Below, one piece after another: positions 16,281 through 26,464 of a DNA stretch of 36,438 bases. The stretch spans positions 1 to 36,438 of the forward strand of contig DFZP01000019.1 of NCBI GenBank assembly GCA_002382125.1, in the 5' to 3' direction. The DNA is from Firmicutes bacterium UBA4053. Its GTDB lineage: Bacteria; Bacillota; Desulfotomaculia; Desulfotomaculales; Nap2-2B. The notes beneath the pieces are model-generated. The model did not search any database. It was given only the letters and a program-made list of their open reading frames with translations, and was not told the origin of the DNA. Position 1 is the first letter of the stretch. Each line of letters begins with the position of its first letter. A program made the position numbers and the translations under genes.

Positions 16281-17822
16281 TTAAAGATTAATATTGGAGT
16301 ATTTTTTCCAACGTCTGGTTACTTTCTTATTTTCCAAAACATCCAGCGCCATGTTAATGTACCTTCTGGTATCACGGGGCATAATGATATCATCAAGATA
16401 ACCCCGCTCAGCTACCTGCCAGGAATTCTCGATAAGCTCCCTGTACTCTTTGAATCTTGCGGCTTTAACCTGTTCCGGATCCGGAGCTGCTGCAATTTCC
16501 TTGGCGAAAATTACACTGGCTGCAGTTTCAGCCGATACAGTAGTAACCCTGGCGTTGGGCCAGGCCACCATAAAATCAGCGCCTGTATCTTTACAGGACA
16601 TCCCTGCATAGGTACCTGCATAGGACTTACGAACAACTACCGTAATTTTAGGCACAGTAGCTTCAACATAAGCATACAACATCTTTGCCCCATGTCTTAA
16701 AATCCCTTTCCATTCTTCATCAGAACCAATCATGTAACCAGGTGTATCCTCAAGAGTAACTACCGGAATATTAAACAGGTCGCAGAAACGTACAAACCTG
16801 GCAATTTTATCGGCAGCATCACAGTTGACCACTCCCCCCAGCCACGTGGATTGATTGGCCACAATACCCACAGGCCTGCCCGCAAACCTGGCAAAACCAA
16901 TGATCGCATTGGGGGCAAAATCCTTCAAAATTTCAAAAAAGTAATCATTGTCTACAATTCGAAGGATAACCTCATGCATATCAAAAGGTATATGGATTTC
17001 CTCAGGCGCCAGATCATCCAACTCAGGAATAATTTTCAAAGGATCCTCCTTAGTATCTATTACAGGTGGCTTCTCCTGATTATTAGGAGGTAAAATATTT
17101 AAAATCTCTTTGGTTTTATCAAGACAATCCCGATCATCGTCTACTACTAAATGGGTCTGACCGGTTTTAACTGCCTGAGATTCAACTCCACAGAGAGCTT
17201 CTATATCCACTTCCTCGCCCAGTTGAGCCTTAACAAAGGCAGGACCGGCAATACCAAGAAAACCGGTATTTTTACATTGAAAAACAAAATCCTGCATCAC
17301 CGGGTGATATGCCTGTCCGCCAAGACAGGGGCCCATTAACAAGGCTATCTGAGGAATGATGCCGGAGGCCAGGATCTGAGAACGAAAAAGCCAGCAATAT
17401 GCCTGCCCGCCGATAATCCCTTCCTGAAGCCTGGCGCCACTGGAGTCATTCATGCCAACAAAGGGTATACCCATGTCCACGGCCATGTCAATTGCCTGGG
17501 AAAATTTTTTGCCGTGATATTCGCCAAAAGTTCCGGCCATCGAAGTATAATCCTCAGAGGCAATCATTACCAGCTTACCATTCACTCTGCCATATCCAAC
17601 AACTATTCCATCGGCAGGGATATCCTTTTTGTCCATTCCAAAATCAGTGGTCCTATGTTTTACAAACATCCCGACTTCAGTAAAGGTACCCGGATCAAAA
17701 AAGTAATCTATTCTTTCCCGGGCGGTCCATTTGCCGCTTTTATGTTGCCGTTCTACTGCCTTAGGCCCACCCATTTGTTTTATTTTTTCTTTTCTGCGGA
17801 TCACTTCCTCATAAGAGTTCAT
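16281..17822 (-). CDS. Acyl-CoA carboxyltransferase (methylmalonyl-CoA / glutaconyl-CoA decarboxylase alpha, PccB-like)
   Basis: GGGAGG SD. The N-terminus 'KEKIKQMGGPKAVERQHKSGKWTARERIDYFFDPGTFTE' is typical of the family, and both carboxyltransferase halves are present. No biotin-carrier or membrane beta subunit is adjacent. Confidence 0.88.
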   Translation of the reverse strand: MNSYEEVIRRKEKIKQMGGPKAVERQHKSGKWTARERIDYFFDPGTFTEVGMFVKHRTTDFGMDKKDIPADGIVVGYGRVNGKLVMIASEDYTSMAGTFGEYHGKKFSQAIDMAVDMGIPFVGMNDSSGARLQEGIIGGQAYCWLFRSQILASGIIPQIALLMGPCLGGQAYHPVMQDFVFQCKNTGFLGIAGPAFVKAQLGEEVDIEALCGVESQAVKTGQTHLVVDDDRDCLDKTKEILNILPPNNQEKPPVIDTKEDPLKIIPELDDLAPEEIHIPFDMHEVILRIVDNDYFFEILKDFAPNAIIGFARFAGRPVGIVANQSTWLGGVVNCDAADKIARFVRFCDLFNIPVVTLEDTPGYMIGSDEEWKGILRHGAKMLYAYVEATVPKITVVVRKSYAGTYAGMSCKDTGADFMVAWPNARVTTVSAETAASVIFAKEIAAAPDPEQVKAARFKEYRELIENSWQVAERGYLDDIIMPRDTRRYINMALDVLENKKVTRRWKKYSNINL

Positions 17823-17851
17823 CAGGACATGCCTCCCTACCTAAAAACAGA

Positions 17852-19012
17852 CTATTCCTTAGCATAGCCCAAAACATCGTTGGCAATAATTACCTTTTGA
17901 ATATTCGGCGATCCTTCAAATATCTGGTAAACCTTGGATTCCCTCAGCAACCTTTCCATGGGATACTCACCAGAATAACCATAGGCTCCAAAAATAAGTA
18001 ATCCCAACTCAGCATTCCGGGCCACTACGTCGCCGGAAAAATATTTTGCTATAGAGGTTTGTGCCGGATTACTAATACCCATATCCTTTTCATACGCACA
18101 CCTGTAGACCAATAACCTGGCAGCTTCAGTCTCTACCACCATCCTGGCAATCTGATCCTTAATCATCTGAAACTTGCCTATTTCCTGACCAAACTGCTGC
18201 CTCTGCCTGGCGTATTTAATACATTCATCAACTATGGCCTGGGATGCGCCTACACCCCTGGCCGCAGCAGTCAACCTTGAATTATTAAGTCCCCGCATAA
18301 GACACTTAAACCCGCCACCCTCTTTGCCTAAAAGATTTTCTGCCGGCACTTTAACGTTTTCTAAAAACACTTCCCCTGTCGGACACGAATTCCAACCTAA
18401 TTTTCGCTTAAGCTCGGTAGTGGCAATTCCTGGTGAGTGCATATCTACAAGAAAAACAGAAAGACCATCCCGCCTTTTAGAACGGTCGGTATAAGCATAA
18501 ACCATTCCCATATCAGCCACTGTAGAGTAGGTAATCCAGGTCTTGGTACCATTTAAAATGTAATAATCCCCTTCCCGGACCGCTGTTGCCTTCATAGAAG
18601 CAGTATCTGTACCGGCATCCGGTTCGGTAATGCACATACATCCTAATATTTCACATTTTAACAACTTGGAGATGTACATATCTTTTTGTTCTTCGGTTCC
18701 GTTCAAAAGAATTTGCATAGAAGTACCCATGGACTGCATGTTATAAGGTGAAGTTAAGGGTCCGCTGGCATATGCTGTTTCCTCACAAGCAATTGCATGA
18801 GCCAAAAAGCCCATTTCCGAACCACCATACTTTTCAGGAAAGGCACAACCAAAAAACCCCAGATCGGCCATCTTATTGATTATATCCCTCTGGAAACGAT
18901 GGTTTATCTCGTCTTCTTCCACCCTTGGGAGAATTTCTTTTTCGGCAAAATCTCTGACCGTTTGCCGAAGAATCTTATGCTCTTCAGATAAATGTATTTC
19001 ATAATTGTACAT
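17852..19012 (-). CDS. Acyl-CoA dehydrogenase (possibly glutaryl-CoA or short/medium-chain type)
   Basis: ACAD motifs are present: 'CITEPDAGTD', 'GTKTWITY', 'GFKCLMRGLNNSRL' and 'IFEGSPNIQ' (position of the catalytic Glu). Substrate cannot be assigned by eye. Confidence 0.9.
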   Translation of the reverse strand: MYNYEIHLSEEHKILRQTVRDFAEKEILPRVEEDEINHRFQRDIINKMADLGFFGCAFPEKYGGSEMGFLAHAIACEETAYASGPLTSPYNMQSMGTSMQILLNGTEEQKDMYISKLLKCEILGCMCITEPDAGTDTASMKATAVREGDYYILNGTKTWITYSTVADMGMVYAYTDRSKRRDGLSVFLVDMHSPGIATTELKRKLGWNSCPTGEVFLENVKVPAENLLGKEGGGFKCLMRGLNNSRLTAAARGVGASQAIVDECIKYARQRQQFGQEIGKFQMIKDQIARMVVETEAARLLVYRCAYEKDMGISNPAQTSIAKYFSGDVVARNAELGLLIFGAYGYSGEYPMERLLRESKVYQIFEGSPNIQKVIIANDVLGYAKE

Positions 19013-19422
19013 GCAATTTCTCCTTTCCCCAAAATAGTAAATTATTATTCAAACCACAGGAAAATAAACAACTCCCCCCCCATCTTCAGATACTTTCTAA
19101 AAATTTTCAATCCTCTACCTCCCCCAAAATAATTTCCCTAGATACAAAATATTTCTACCTTCCTCAAAAGGAAAAAATAAAAAGAATTAAACTGTTCTTG
19201 TATGGCTTTATATATTACACATTTCTCTCCAGTTTCCTGCTGCTCTAAGATAATTTAATCAATCTTAAACTCTGAATAAAAATTGTGAAAGAATTCAACG
19301 CGCCAGACCAGATTCCTCTTTGTTTTATTTTTAAAAGCAGGAATCCACCGAACATAAAGAGAATTGATTCAAATTAAACACCAATTTTAATTCAACAAAA
19401 TATGGAGAGAGGGTTAAAATAA

Positions 19423-21522
19423 ATGGATGAACTATTTAATCCTAAAAGCATTGTTGTACTCGGAGTTTCTGAAAGAGAAAAAAATATTGGGCAGGTAATA
19501 ATCAAAAACCTCCTGGACTTTAATTATGAAGGCAATGTTTTCCCCGTAGGGCCCAAGGGGGGTACAATCTTCGGAAAGAAAATCTATCAAACAGTTGCCG
19601 AAGTTCCTTCTAATATCGATTTCGCGGTTATTTTTGTACCGGCCGCCGCTATTCCTGCAGCGATCAAAGAGTGCGTGCAGAAGGGTATCAAAAGGGGACT
19701 GATCATGACAGCCGGCTTCAGTGAGTATTCCGAAGAAGGAACGGTACTGGAAAAAGAAATACTAAAACTATGCAAACAATCTGGTTTCCGTTTCGTCGGT
19801 CCGAATTGCATCGGATTGTACAACACCCGCAACAATATGTTTCTTTCCTTCGGCTGGTGTAACCCGGAAGATTTCCTGGCCGGCAACGTTTCTATCCTTT
19901 CCCAAAGCGGGGGGTTGGGAAATCTTTATGCCTGGCATCTGGCCGGCGAAAAAATAGGTTTAAGCAAGTTTGTCAGCATGGGAAATAAATTAACTATTGA
20001 TGAGGTTGATCTCTTAACCTATCTAAAAAACGATCAAGAAACAGAGATTATCTTTATCTATTTAGAAGGCATTGAAAGGGGCCGCGAACTTTTTGATCTT
20101 GCCATAGAGTGTAATAAACCCATCATTATTCACAAAGCAAACGTTTCTTCACTCTCCTCAGAAATAGCCAAATCACATACAGCCGCTCTGGTCAGTGATG
20201 ATCGGATAGTAACAATTGCCTTTAAACAAGCAGGAATTATTAGAATCAACCGCTTGACGCAGTTGATCGACTGCGCTAAAATACTTTCTTTGCCACCAAT
20301 AAGGGGGAATAGACTGGCCATTATTTCTTCAACAGGCGGTACAGCCGTCAGTGCAACTGATGCTTGTGCAGAATATGAATTTGAGCTACCGGCTCTTCCC
20401 CCGGATCTTTTTGAATATATTGAAAAACATGTACGGGCGGGAATAATTAAGCTGACCAATCCCGTAGATTTAGGTGATATTTTTGATTTAAACGTCATTT
20501 ACAATACTATTGCAAAGGTCATTGAACTCCCATTCATTGATGGCGTTGTTGTCTGCTTATTCTATCTTTCCACAGCACCTGGCTGGAGTGAAGGAATTAT
20601 TGATTTGGTTGCCAAAATAAAGGAACTGCCTTTCAAGCTGAACAAGCCTTTAGTTATTAACATTCTTGCCAGCGCAAAAGATTATCAAAAAATAAAAGAG
20701 AAAGTAGATTATCCCATTTTCCTTACCTTCGCAGAAGTTATCGAGGCTATGGCACTGGTGAGAGATTCTATCCAAAGAAAAGAGAAGAAAACGGAACCGG
20801 CTGGCCATTTCCCCTTTGAGGAACATTCAATAACAAACATACTTAATGAAGCTCTCCTGGCAGGAAGAAATGAACTTTTGTTAAATGAAGCAATGCAAGT
20901 TATAGAAAAATGCGGAATCCCGGTAAACATGCCCCGCCTTGCCAAAAACCTGGAAGAAGCAGTAACAATAGCCAAAGAAACAGGTTATCCACTGGCAGTA
21001 AAGGTTTTTTCTCCTTCAATTTCGCACAAGAGCGATGTTGGAGGAGTTATTTTAAACGTTTCCAGCAAAATGGAATTAGAAAAAGCTTATTGGACTATCC
21101 TGGAAAACTTGAACCAACGTACACCCGGAGCTAAATTTTCAGGTATTTATCTTCAAAAAATGGCTCAGTTAGATATGGAAGTTATTATAGGAATAAAAAG
21201 AGACGACCAGTTTGGTCCCGTAATTCTCTTTGGCATGGGGGGAAAATATGTAGAATTCCTGGAGGATACTTCCTTAAGGCTGGCTCCCATAACAAAAGAT
21301 GAGGCAGCAGAAATGATCAGCGAGGTTCGTGGAGCCGCGATCTTACAGGGTGTAAGAGGAGAAAAGCCTTTTGATGTTTTGGCAATTATAGATAGTCTGT
21401 TAAGATTATCTCAGTTAGCCGTCCAATACCCGGCTATCAAGGAAATAGACGTCAACCCCCTGATTGTAAATCACGAAGGAATGGGTGTAGTAGTAGTGGA
21501 CGCAAGGATTATCATTGAATGA
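19423..21522 (+). CDS. ADP-forming acyl-CoA synthetase (NDP-forming, fused alpha and beta domains)
   Basis: An N-terminal CoA-binding domain 'FNPKSIVVLGVSEREKNIG' and a ligase-CoA domain are followed by a C-terminal ATP-grasp region 'GYPLAVKVFSPSISHKSDVGGV'. Length is 699 aa. Confidence 0.85.
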   Translation: MDELFNPKSIVVLGVSEREKNIGQVIIKNLLDFNYEGNVFPVGPKGGTIFGKKIYQTVAEVPSNIDFAVIFVPAAAIPAAIKECVQKGIKRGLIMTAGFSEYSEEGTVLEKEILKLCKQSGFRFVGPNCIGLYNTRNNMFLSFGWCNPEDFLAGNVSILSQSGGLGNLYAWHLAGEKIGLSKFVSMGNKLTIDEVDLLTYLKNDQETEIIFIYLEGIERGRELFDLAIECNKPIIIHKANVSSLSSEIAKSHTAALVSDDRIVTIAFKQAGIIRINRLTQLIDCAKILSLPPIRGNRLAIISSTGGTAVSATDACAEYEFELPALPPDLFEYIEKHVRAGIIKLTNPVDLGDIFDLNVIYNTIAKVIELPFIDGVVVCLFYLSTAPGWSEGIIDLVAKIKELPFKLNKPLVINILASAKDYQKIKEKVDYPIFLTFAEVIEAMALVRDSIQRKEKKTEPAGHFPFEEHSITNILNEALLAGRNELLLNEAMQVIEKCGIPVNMPRLAKNLEEAVTIAKETGYPLAVKVFSPSISHKSDVGGVILNVSSKMELEKAYWTILENLNQRTPGAKFSGIYLQKMAQLDMEVIIGIKRDDQFGPVILFGMGGKYVEFLEDTSLRLAPITKDEAAEMISEVRGAAILQGVRGEKPFDVLAIIDSLLRLSQLAVQYPAIKEIDVNPLIVNHEGMGVVVVDARIIIE

Positions 21523-21552
21523 AATGAGTAAGATAATGAATGAGGAAAATGC

Positions 21553-21581
21553 TTGAAACCCTCCGGCCAATATGCTATACT
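21553..21581 (+). promoter_or_regulatory. Sigma-A promoter for the tRNA pair
   Basis: TTGAAA (21553-21558), a 17-nt spacer, then TATACT (21576-21581). It lies about 55 nt upstream of tRNA-Pro. Confidence 0.55.
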
Positions 21582-21636
21582 ACGGTTGAGTATACAGCCT
21601 TTATATTCTCGAAACAAGACCACGGTGCTAAAAGTT

Positions 21637-21714
21637 CGGGATGTGGCGCAGCTTGGCTAGCGCGCTTGCCTTGGGCGCAAGAGGCCGGGGGTTCAAATCC
21701 CTCCATCCCGACCA
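21637..21714 (+). tRNA. tRNA-Pro (anticodon UGG), with encoded CCA
   Basis: Cloverleaf folded by hand. Acceptor stem is cgggatg/catcccg, the anticodon stem-loop is cttgc-cuUGGgc-gcaag, and the T-arm is ggggg-ttcaaat-ccctc. The discriminator is A, followed by CCA. Confidence 0.95.
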
Positions 21715-21739
21715 TGTTAAATATCAATCCAGTAAACTT

Positions 21740-21815
21740 GGACCGTTAGCTCAACTGGTAGAGCAGGCGACTCTTAATCGTCAGGTTGGGGGTTCGATTC
21801 CCTCACGGTCCACCA
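21740..21815 (+). tRNA. tRNA-Lys (anticodon CUU), with encoded CCA
   Basis: Acceptor stem is ggaccgt/acggtcc and the D-arm is gctc-aactggta-gagc. The anticodon stem-loop is ggcga-cuCUUaa-tcgtc and the T-arm is ggggg-ttcgatt-ccctc, followed by A and CCA. Confidence 0.93.
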
Positions 21816-21889
21816 GAATAACAATTGGTGTGCGGTTATGGCAACCTGACCGTAAGAATGTGTTTTGCTGTGTGGAATTTGCCGGATGG

Positions 21890-21945
21890 TTTTCAGCACC
21901 CGGTGCTGAAAGGGAGTGCACCGGCAATCGCTTTTTCCGGTTTTC
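21890..21945. terminator. Two hairpins between the convergent tRNA operon and deoC (weak terminator candidates)
   Basis: One is a 9-10-bp perfect hairpin, tttcagcac-ccg-gtgctgaaa (21891-21911). The other pairs accgg with ccggt (21920-21941) and is followed by tttctt. Neither has a canonical U-tract for both directions. Confidence 0.3.
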
Positions 21946-21988
21946 TTGCGGCGTGGGTATGCATTTTAAGTTTCTTCTCGCTTCCTTC

Positions 21989-22666
21989 TTACGGGTCCAT
22001 TTCCTGGAGTATTGCCTTGCCTGAACTTGTGCCCAGCCTGGTGGCTCCTGCCTCGATCAGCGTCAGGGCCTGTTCTAGTGTTTTTATCCCTCCGGCCGCT
22101 TTGATCCCCATCTCCTGCGGAATTACACTTCTAATCAATAAGATGTCTTCTGTGGTGGCCCCGGCAGGTCCAAAGCCGGTGCTGGTTTTAATGAAGTGGG
22201 CGCCGGCTTTTTGCGCTAGATGGCAGGCGGTTGCCTTTTCCTGTTCGTTCAGATAACAGGTTTCGATGATTACTTTCACCAACCCGCCGGTCTTGTGGTT
22301 TACCACGGTATTTACTATGGCCTTTATCTCGTCTGAAACCAGCCCATAGTTCCTGCTTTTTAATGCGCCAATGTTAATCACCATGTCTATCTCGCGGCAC
22401 CCATTTTCCAAGGCTTCGCGAGCTTCTGCCACCTTTGTGGAGGTAGTGGTTGCGCCAAGGGGGAAACCTACAACAGTGCCAACGGCGGTTTGTGAGCCGG
22501 CCAGTTCTTCGACCGACTTTTTCACCCAGGCGGGGTTTACACAGACACAACCAAAACCGTAGTTCATAGCATCGGCACACAAGTTACATATATCTTGCTC
22601 TGTAGTTGTTGCCTTCAGCAGCGTATGGTCAATAATTTTGGCCATTTGCTTTCTCGTCATTTTCAT
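21989..22666 (-). CDS. deoC: Deoxyribose-phosphate aldolase
   Basis: 'IDHTLLKATTT', 'VCVNP', 'VVGFPLGA', 'EIDMVINIG' and 'FIKTSTGF' (Schiff-base Lys) are the classic DeoC pattern. Confidence 0.92.
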   Translation of the reverse strand: MKMTRKQMAKIIDHTLLKATTTEQDICNLCADAMNYGFGCVCVNPAWVKKSVEELAGSQTAVGTVVGFPLGATTTSTKVAEAREALENGCREIDMVINIGALKSRNYGLVSDEIKAIVNTVVNHKTGGLVKVIIETCYLNEQEKATACHLAQKAGAHFIKTSTGFGPAGATTEDILLIRSVIPQEMGIKAAGGIKTLEQALTLIEAGATRLGTSSGKAILQEMDP

Positions 22667-22758
22667 TTGATCACCCTGGATTAGTTTATGGATAATGTAA
22701 AACTGCTTTAAAGTGTGTTCATTGCTTTTACCTTATCGGATTGTGGTAAGCATGTCAA

Positions 22759-22800
22759 TAAAAAAAACAACCCCTTGCGTTGGATAAAACAAGGGGTTTT
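22759..22800 (-). terminator. Intrinsic terminator of groESL (bidirectional shape)
   Basis: Minus-strand sequence is aaccccttg-ttttatccaacg-caaggggtt followed by gtttttttt. A TTTT on the plus side is also present. Confidence 0.75.
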
Positions 22801-22834
22801 AAGGTTTAATTTCATTTGGTGTTTTACAAGGTAT

Positions 22835-24475
<1,641 letters not shown>

Positions 24476-24508
24476 TCATTACCTCCTTGAAAGAAAATTA
24501 TTTTAAAA

Positions 24509-24796
24509 TTATTTTTCAATAACACCCAGGATATCAGATTCGCGCATAATCAGGTACTCCACGTCGTCGAGCTTGACTTCGTTGCCGGCGTATTTGGAAA
24601 AAAGTATGCAGTCGCCAACTTTCAGGTCGATAGATACCCGCGTTCCGTTATCCAGCAACCTGCCCGGTCCTACTGCTATTACTTCCCCTTCCTGTGGTTT
24701 TTCTTTGGCAGTATCTGGTAATACAATACCTCCTTTAGTAACTTCTTCGCCAGGTAGTGATTTAATTACCACTCGTTCACCTAATGGTCTGATCAC
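24509..24796 (-). CDS. groS: Co-chaperonin GroES (10 kDa)
   Basis: GTG start with AAGGAGGAG SD. '[11 protein letters not shown]...[22 protein letters not shown]' is GroES. Confidence 0.97.
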   Translation of the reverse strand: MIRPLGERVVIKSLPGEEVTKGGIVLPDTAKEKPQEGEVIAVGPGRLLDNGTRVSIDLKVGDCILFSKYAGNEVKLDDVEYLIMRESDILGVIEK

Positions 24797-24839
24797 CTAA
24801 AAACTCCTCCTTAAGAGATTTTGGTTTGTTAATTTATTG

Positions 24840-24866
24840 TTAGCACTCGCCTTAGGTGAGTGCTAA
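24840..24866. promoter_or_regulatory. CIRCE element (HrcA operator)
   Basis: TTAGCACTC-gccttaggt-GAGTGCTAA is an exact match to the CIRCE consensus TTAGCACTC-N9-GAGTGCTAA. It sits between the promoter and the groES SD. Confidence 0.95.
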
Positions 24867-24877
24867 CATCCTCTAAA

Positions 24878-24906
24878 ATAATATTAATCACGGCTGTTAA
24901 AATCAA
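24878..24906 (-). promoter_or_regulatory. Sigma-A promoter of groESL
   Basis: On the minus strand: TTGATT (24901-24906), a 17-nt spacer, then TATTAT (24878-24883). CIRCE lies immediately downstream, as is typical. Confidence 0.55.
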
Positions 24907-25011
24907 CCATCATTGCATGACAAAATCCCCCTTCCTGGTTGATTGTGAAAGGTTATCTGGTTATACCTTGTTTTTCTTTTTACTTTCGTTTATTTACGTT
25001 CAAACAGTATT

Positions 25012-25045
25012 TTCCCCTGAAGAAAGGATATTTATACCAGGGGAA
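25012..25045 (-). terminator. Hairpin downstream of the mog-like gene (weak terminator candidate)
   Basis: ttcccctg (25012-25019) pairs with caggggaa (25038-25045). The U-tract on the minus strand is poor. Confidence 0.35.
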
Positions 25046-25058
25046 AGTAAGAATTTGT

Positions 25059-25544
25059 TCAGCCGCATTCTCCGGTTCGTCCGGTAAGAATTTCCACCCC
25101 ATGGGTTAAGGCAGGCAGGATAACCTCCAGACATTCTTGTACTGCCTTAGAGCTGCCGGGGAGGTTGATGATCAGGGTTTGTTTCCGTATGCCTGCAACT
25201 GCCCGGCTGAGCATGGCCCGCGGGGTTTTTTTCATGCTTTCCCAGCGCATTGCTTCCGGGATGCCCGGTACTTCCCGTTCAATTACTGCTTTGGTGGCTT
25301 CCGGCGTGTTATCGCGTGGCGCAAAGCCCGTTCCGCCGGTGGTAAAGATCAAGTTTAACTTTTGTTCGTCGCACATAGTGACCAGGGCACTTTTTATCTG
25401 TTCGGCGTCATCGGCTACCACCATGTAAGTTGTGACCTTCCAGCCTATGTTATTCATTATTTCTATGATCACCGCTCCGCTTTGATCCTGACGTTCTCCA
25501 CGAAATGCCTTGTCACTGGCTGTGAGGATGCCTACTGTAAGCAT
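25059..25544 (-). CDS. Molybdenum cofactor biosynthesis protein, MogA/MoaB family (MoCF_biosynth domain)
   Basis: AAAGGAGAG SD. Motifs 'VGILTASDK...GERQDQSG', 'LIFTTGGTGFAPRDNTPEA' and 'INLPGSSKA' are present. Confidence 0.85.
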   Translation of the reverse strand: MLTVGILTASDKAFRGERQDQSGAVIIEIMNNIGWKVTTYMVVADDAEQIKSALVTMCDEQKLNLIFTTGGTGFAPRDNTPEATKAVIEREVPGIPEAMRWESMKKTPRAMLSRAVAGIRKQTLIINLPGSSKAVQECLEVILPALTHGVEILTGRTGECG

Positions 25545-25646
25545 TTAACCCGCTCTCCTTTAAGAAAATATTTTGTTTTACTTTGAAGTTTAACATGCTT
25601 GTATCAATTTTTCCAGTAAGGTAAAATGGTCATGGGGGTGTGTGAA

Positions 25647-26429
25647 ATGTCCAGTACGACCCGGATAGAGGTAACGCGTGTTGATGGCGGCCGGTTGTTT
25701 GTTGCACAGGATGTAGTGGTAAGGGAAAGGCCGGTAACTCTTTTTCTGAACGATGAGGAGTTTGCCACTATAGTTTGTTCGCCGGTTTGCTTGAAGGAAC
25801 TAGCGGTGGGGTTTCTTTGTTCGGAGGGAATTTTACAAAAACGGGAGGATTTAAAGGATATCTCCATCAACGAGACCGATGGCTTAATCTGGGTAGAAAC
25901 GATGGAACCCTCTCCGGCAGAGGAGATGTTCCTCAAACGTTATATTACCACCTGCTGCGGCCGGGGACGGGCTTCGTTTTATTTTGTTAACGATGCCCGC
26001 AACATGAGCCAGGTAAGGTCGGAACTAAGCGTAAGGGCTGAGCAAGCCCTTACTTTAAGTGAACAGTTAGAAAAAAATACTGTTGTGTTCCAGGCTACCG
26101 GTGGTACCCACGGTGCTGCTTTGTGCACAAATAATGAAGTACTCTTAACCTTTGAAGATGTCGGCCGGCACAACGCGGTAGATAAAATATTTGGACGCTG
26201 TTTTCTGGAAGGGATTTCTACGACGGATAAACTGGTGGTGTTTAGCGGACGGGTTTCTTCTGAAATCTTAATTAAAATAGCCCGGATGGGTATTCCTATT
26301 ATCATTTCCCGCGGCGCGCCTACCGACCTGGCACTGGAAATGGCTGATGAGTTAGGCGTAACGGTTATAGGTTTTGCCCGCGGGAAAAGATTGAATATTT
26401 ATACCCATGCTCATAGAGTAAAGATTTAA
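25647..26429 (+). CDS. fdhD: FdhD (formate dehydrogenase accessory sulfurtransferase)
   Basis: Start refined to the ATG at 25647 (MSSTTRIEV), with GGGGGTG SD at 6-nt spacing. FdhD motifs are 'CCGRG', 'ATGGTHGAAL', 'EDVGRHNAVDK' and 'SGRVSSE'. Confidence 0.9.
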   Translation: MSSTTRIEVTRVDGGRLFVAQDVVVRERPVTLFLNDEEFATIVCSPVCLKELAVGFLCSEGILQKREDLKDISINETDGLIWVETMEPSPAEEMFLKRYITTCCGRGRASFYFVNDARNMSQVRSELSVRAEQALTLSEQLEKNTVVFQATGGTHGAALCTNNEVLLTFEDVGRHNAVDKIFGRCFLEGISTTDKLVVFSGRVSSEILIKIARMGIPIIISRGAPTDLALEMADELGVTVIGFARGKRLNIYTHAHRVKI

Positions 26430-26437
26430 AGCAAAGA

Positions 26438-26464
26438 TTAAGGCTGGAATTTTATCAGCCTTAA
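26438..26464. terminator. Hairpin between convergent fdhD and the MenB-like gene
   Basis: ttaaggctg (26438-26446) pairs with cagccttaa (26456-26464). It overlaps the stop codon of the minus-strand gene, and the U-tracts are weak. Confidence 0.4.

Noticed and set aside
21540-22256. ORFs at 21540-21749, 21641-22024 and 21825-22256
   Set aside because: The first two overlap the tRNA-Pro and tRNA-Lys genes, and the third is antisense to deoC. None has coding support.
24860-25087. 75-aa plus-strand ORF between the groES promoter and the mog-like gene
   Set aside because: It starts within the CIRCE/promoter region, has no SD, overlaps the 3' end of the convergent gene, and has a hydrophobic low-complexity translation.
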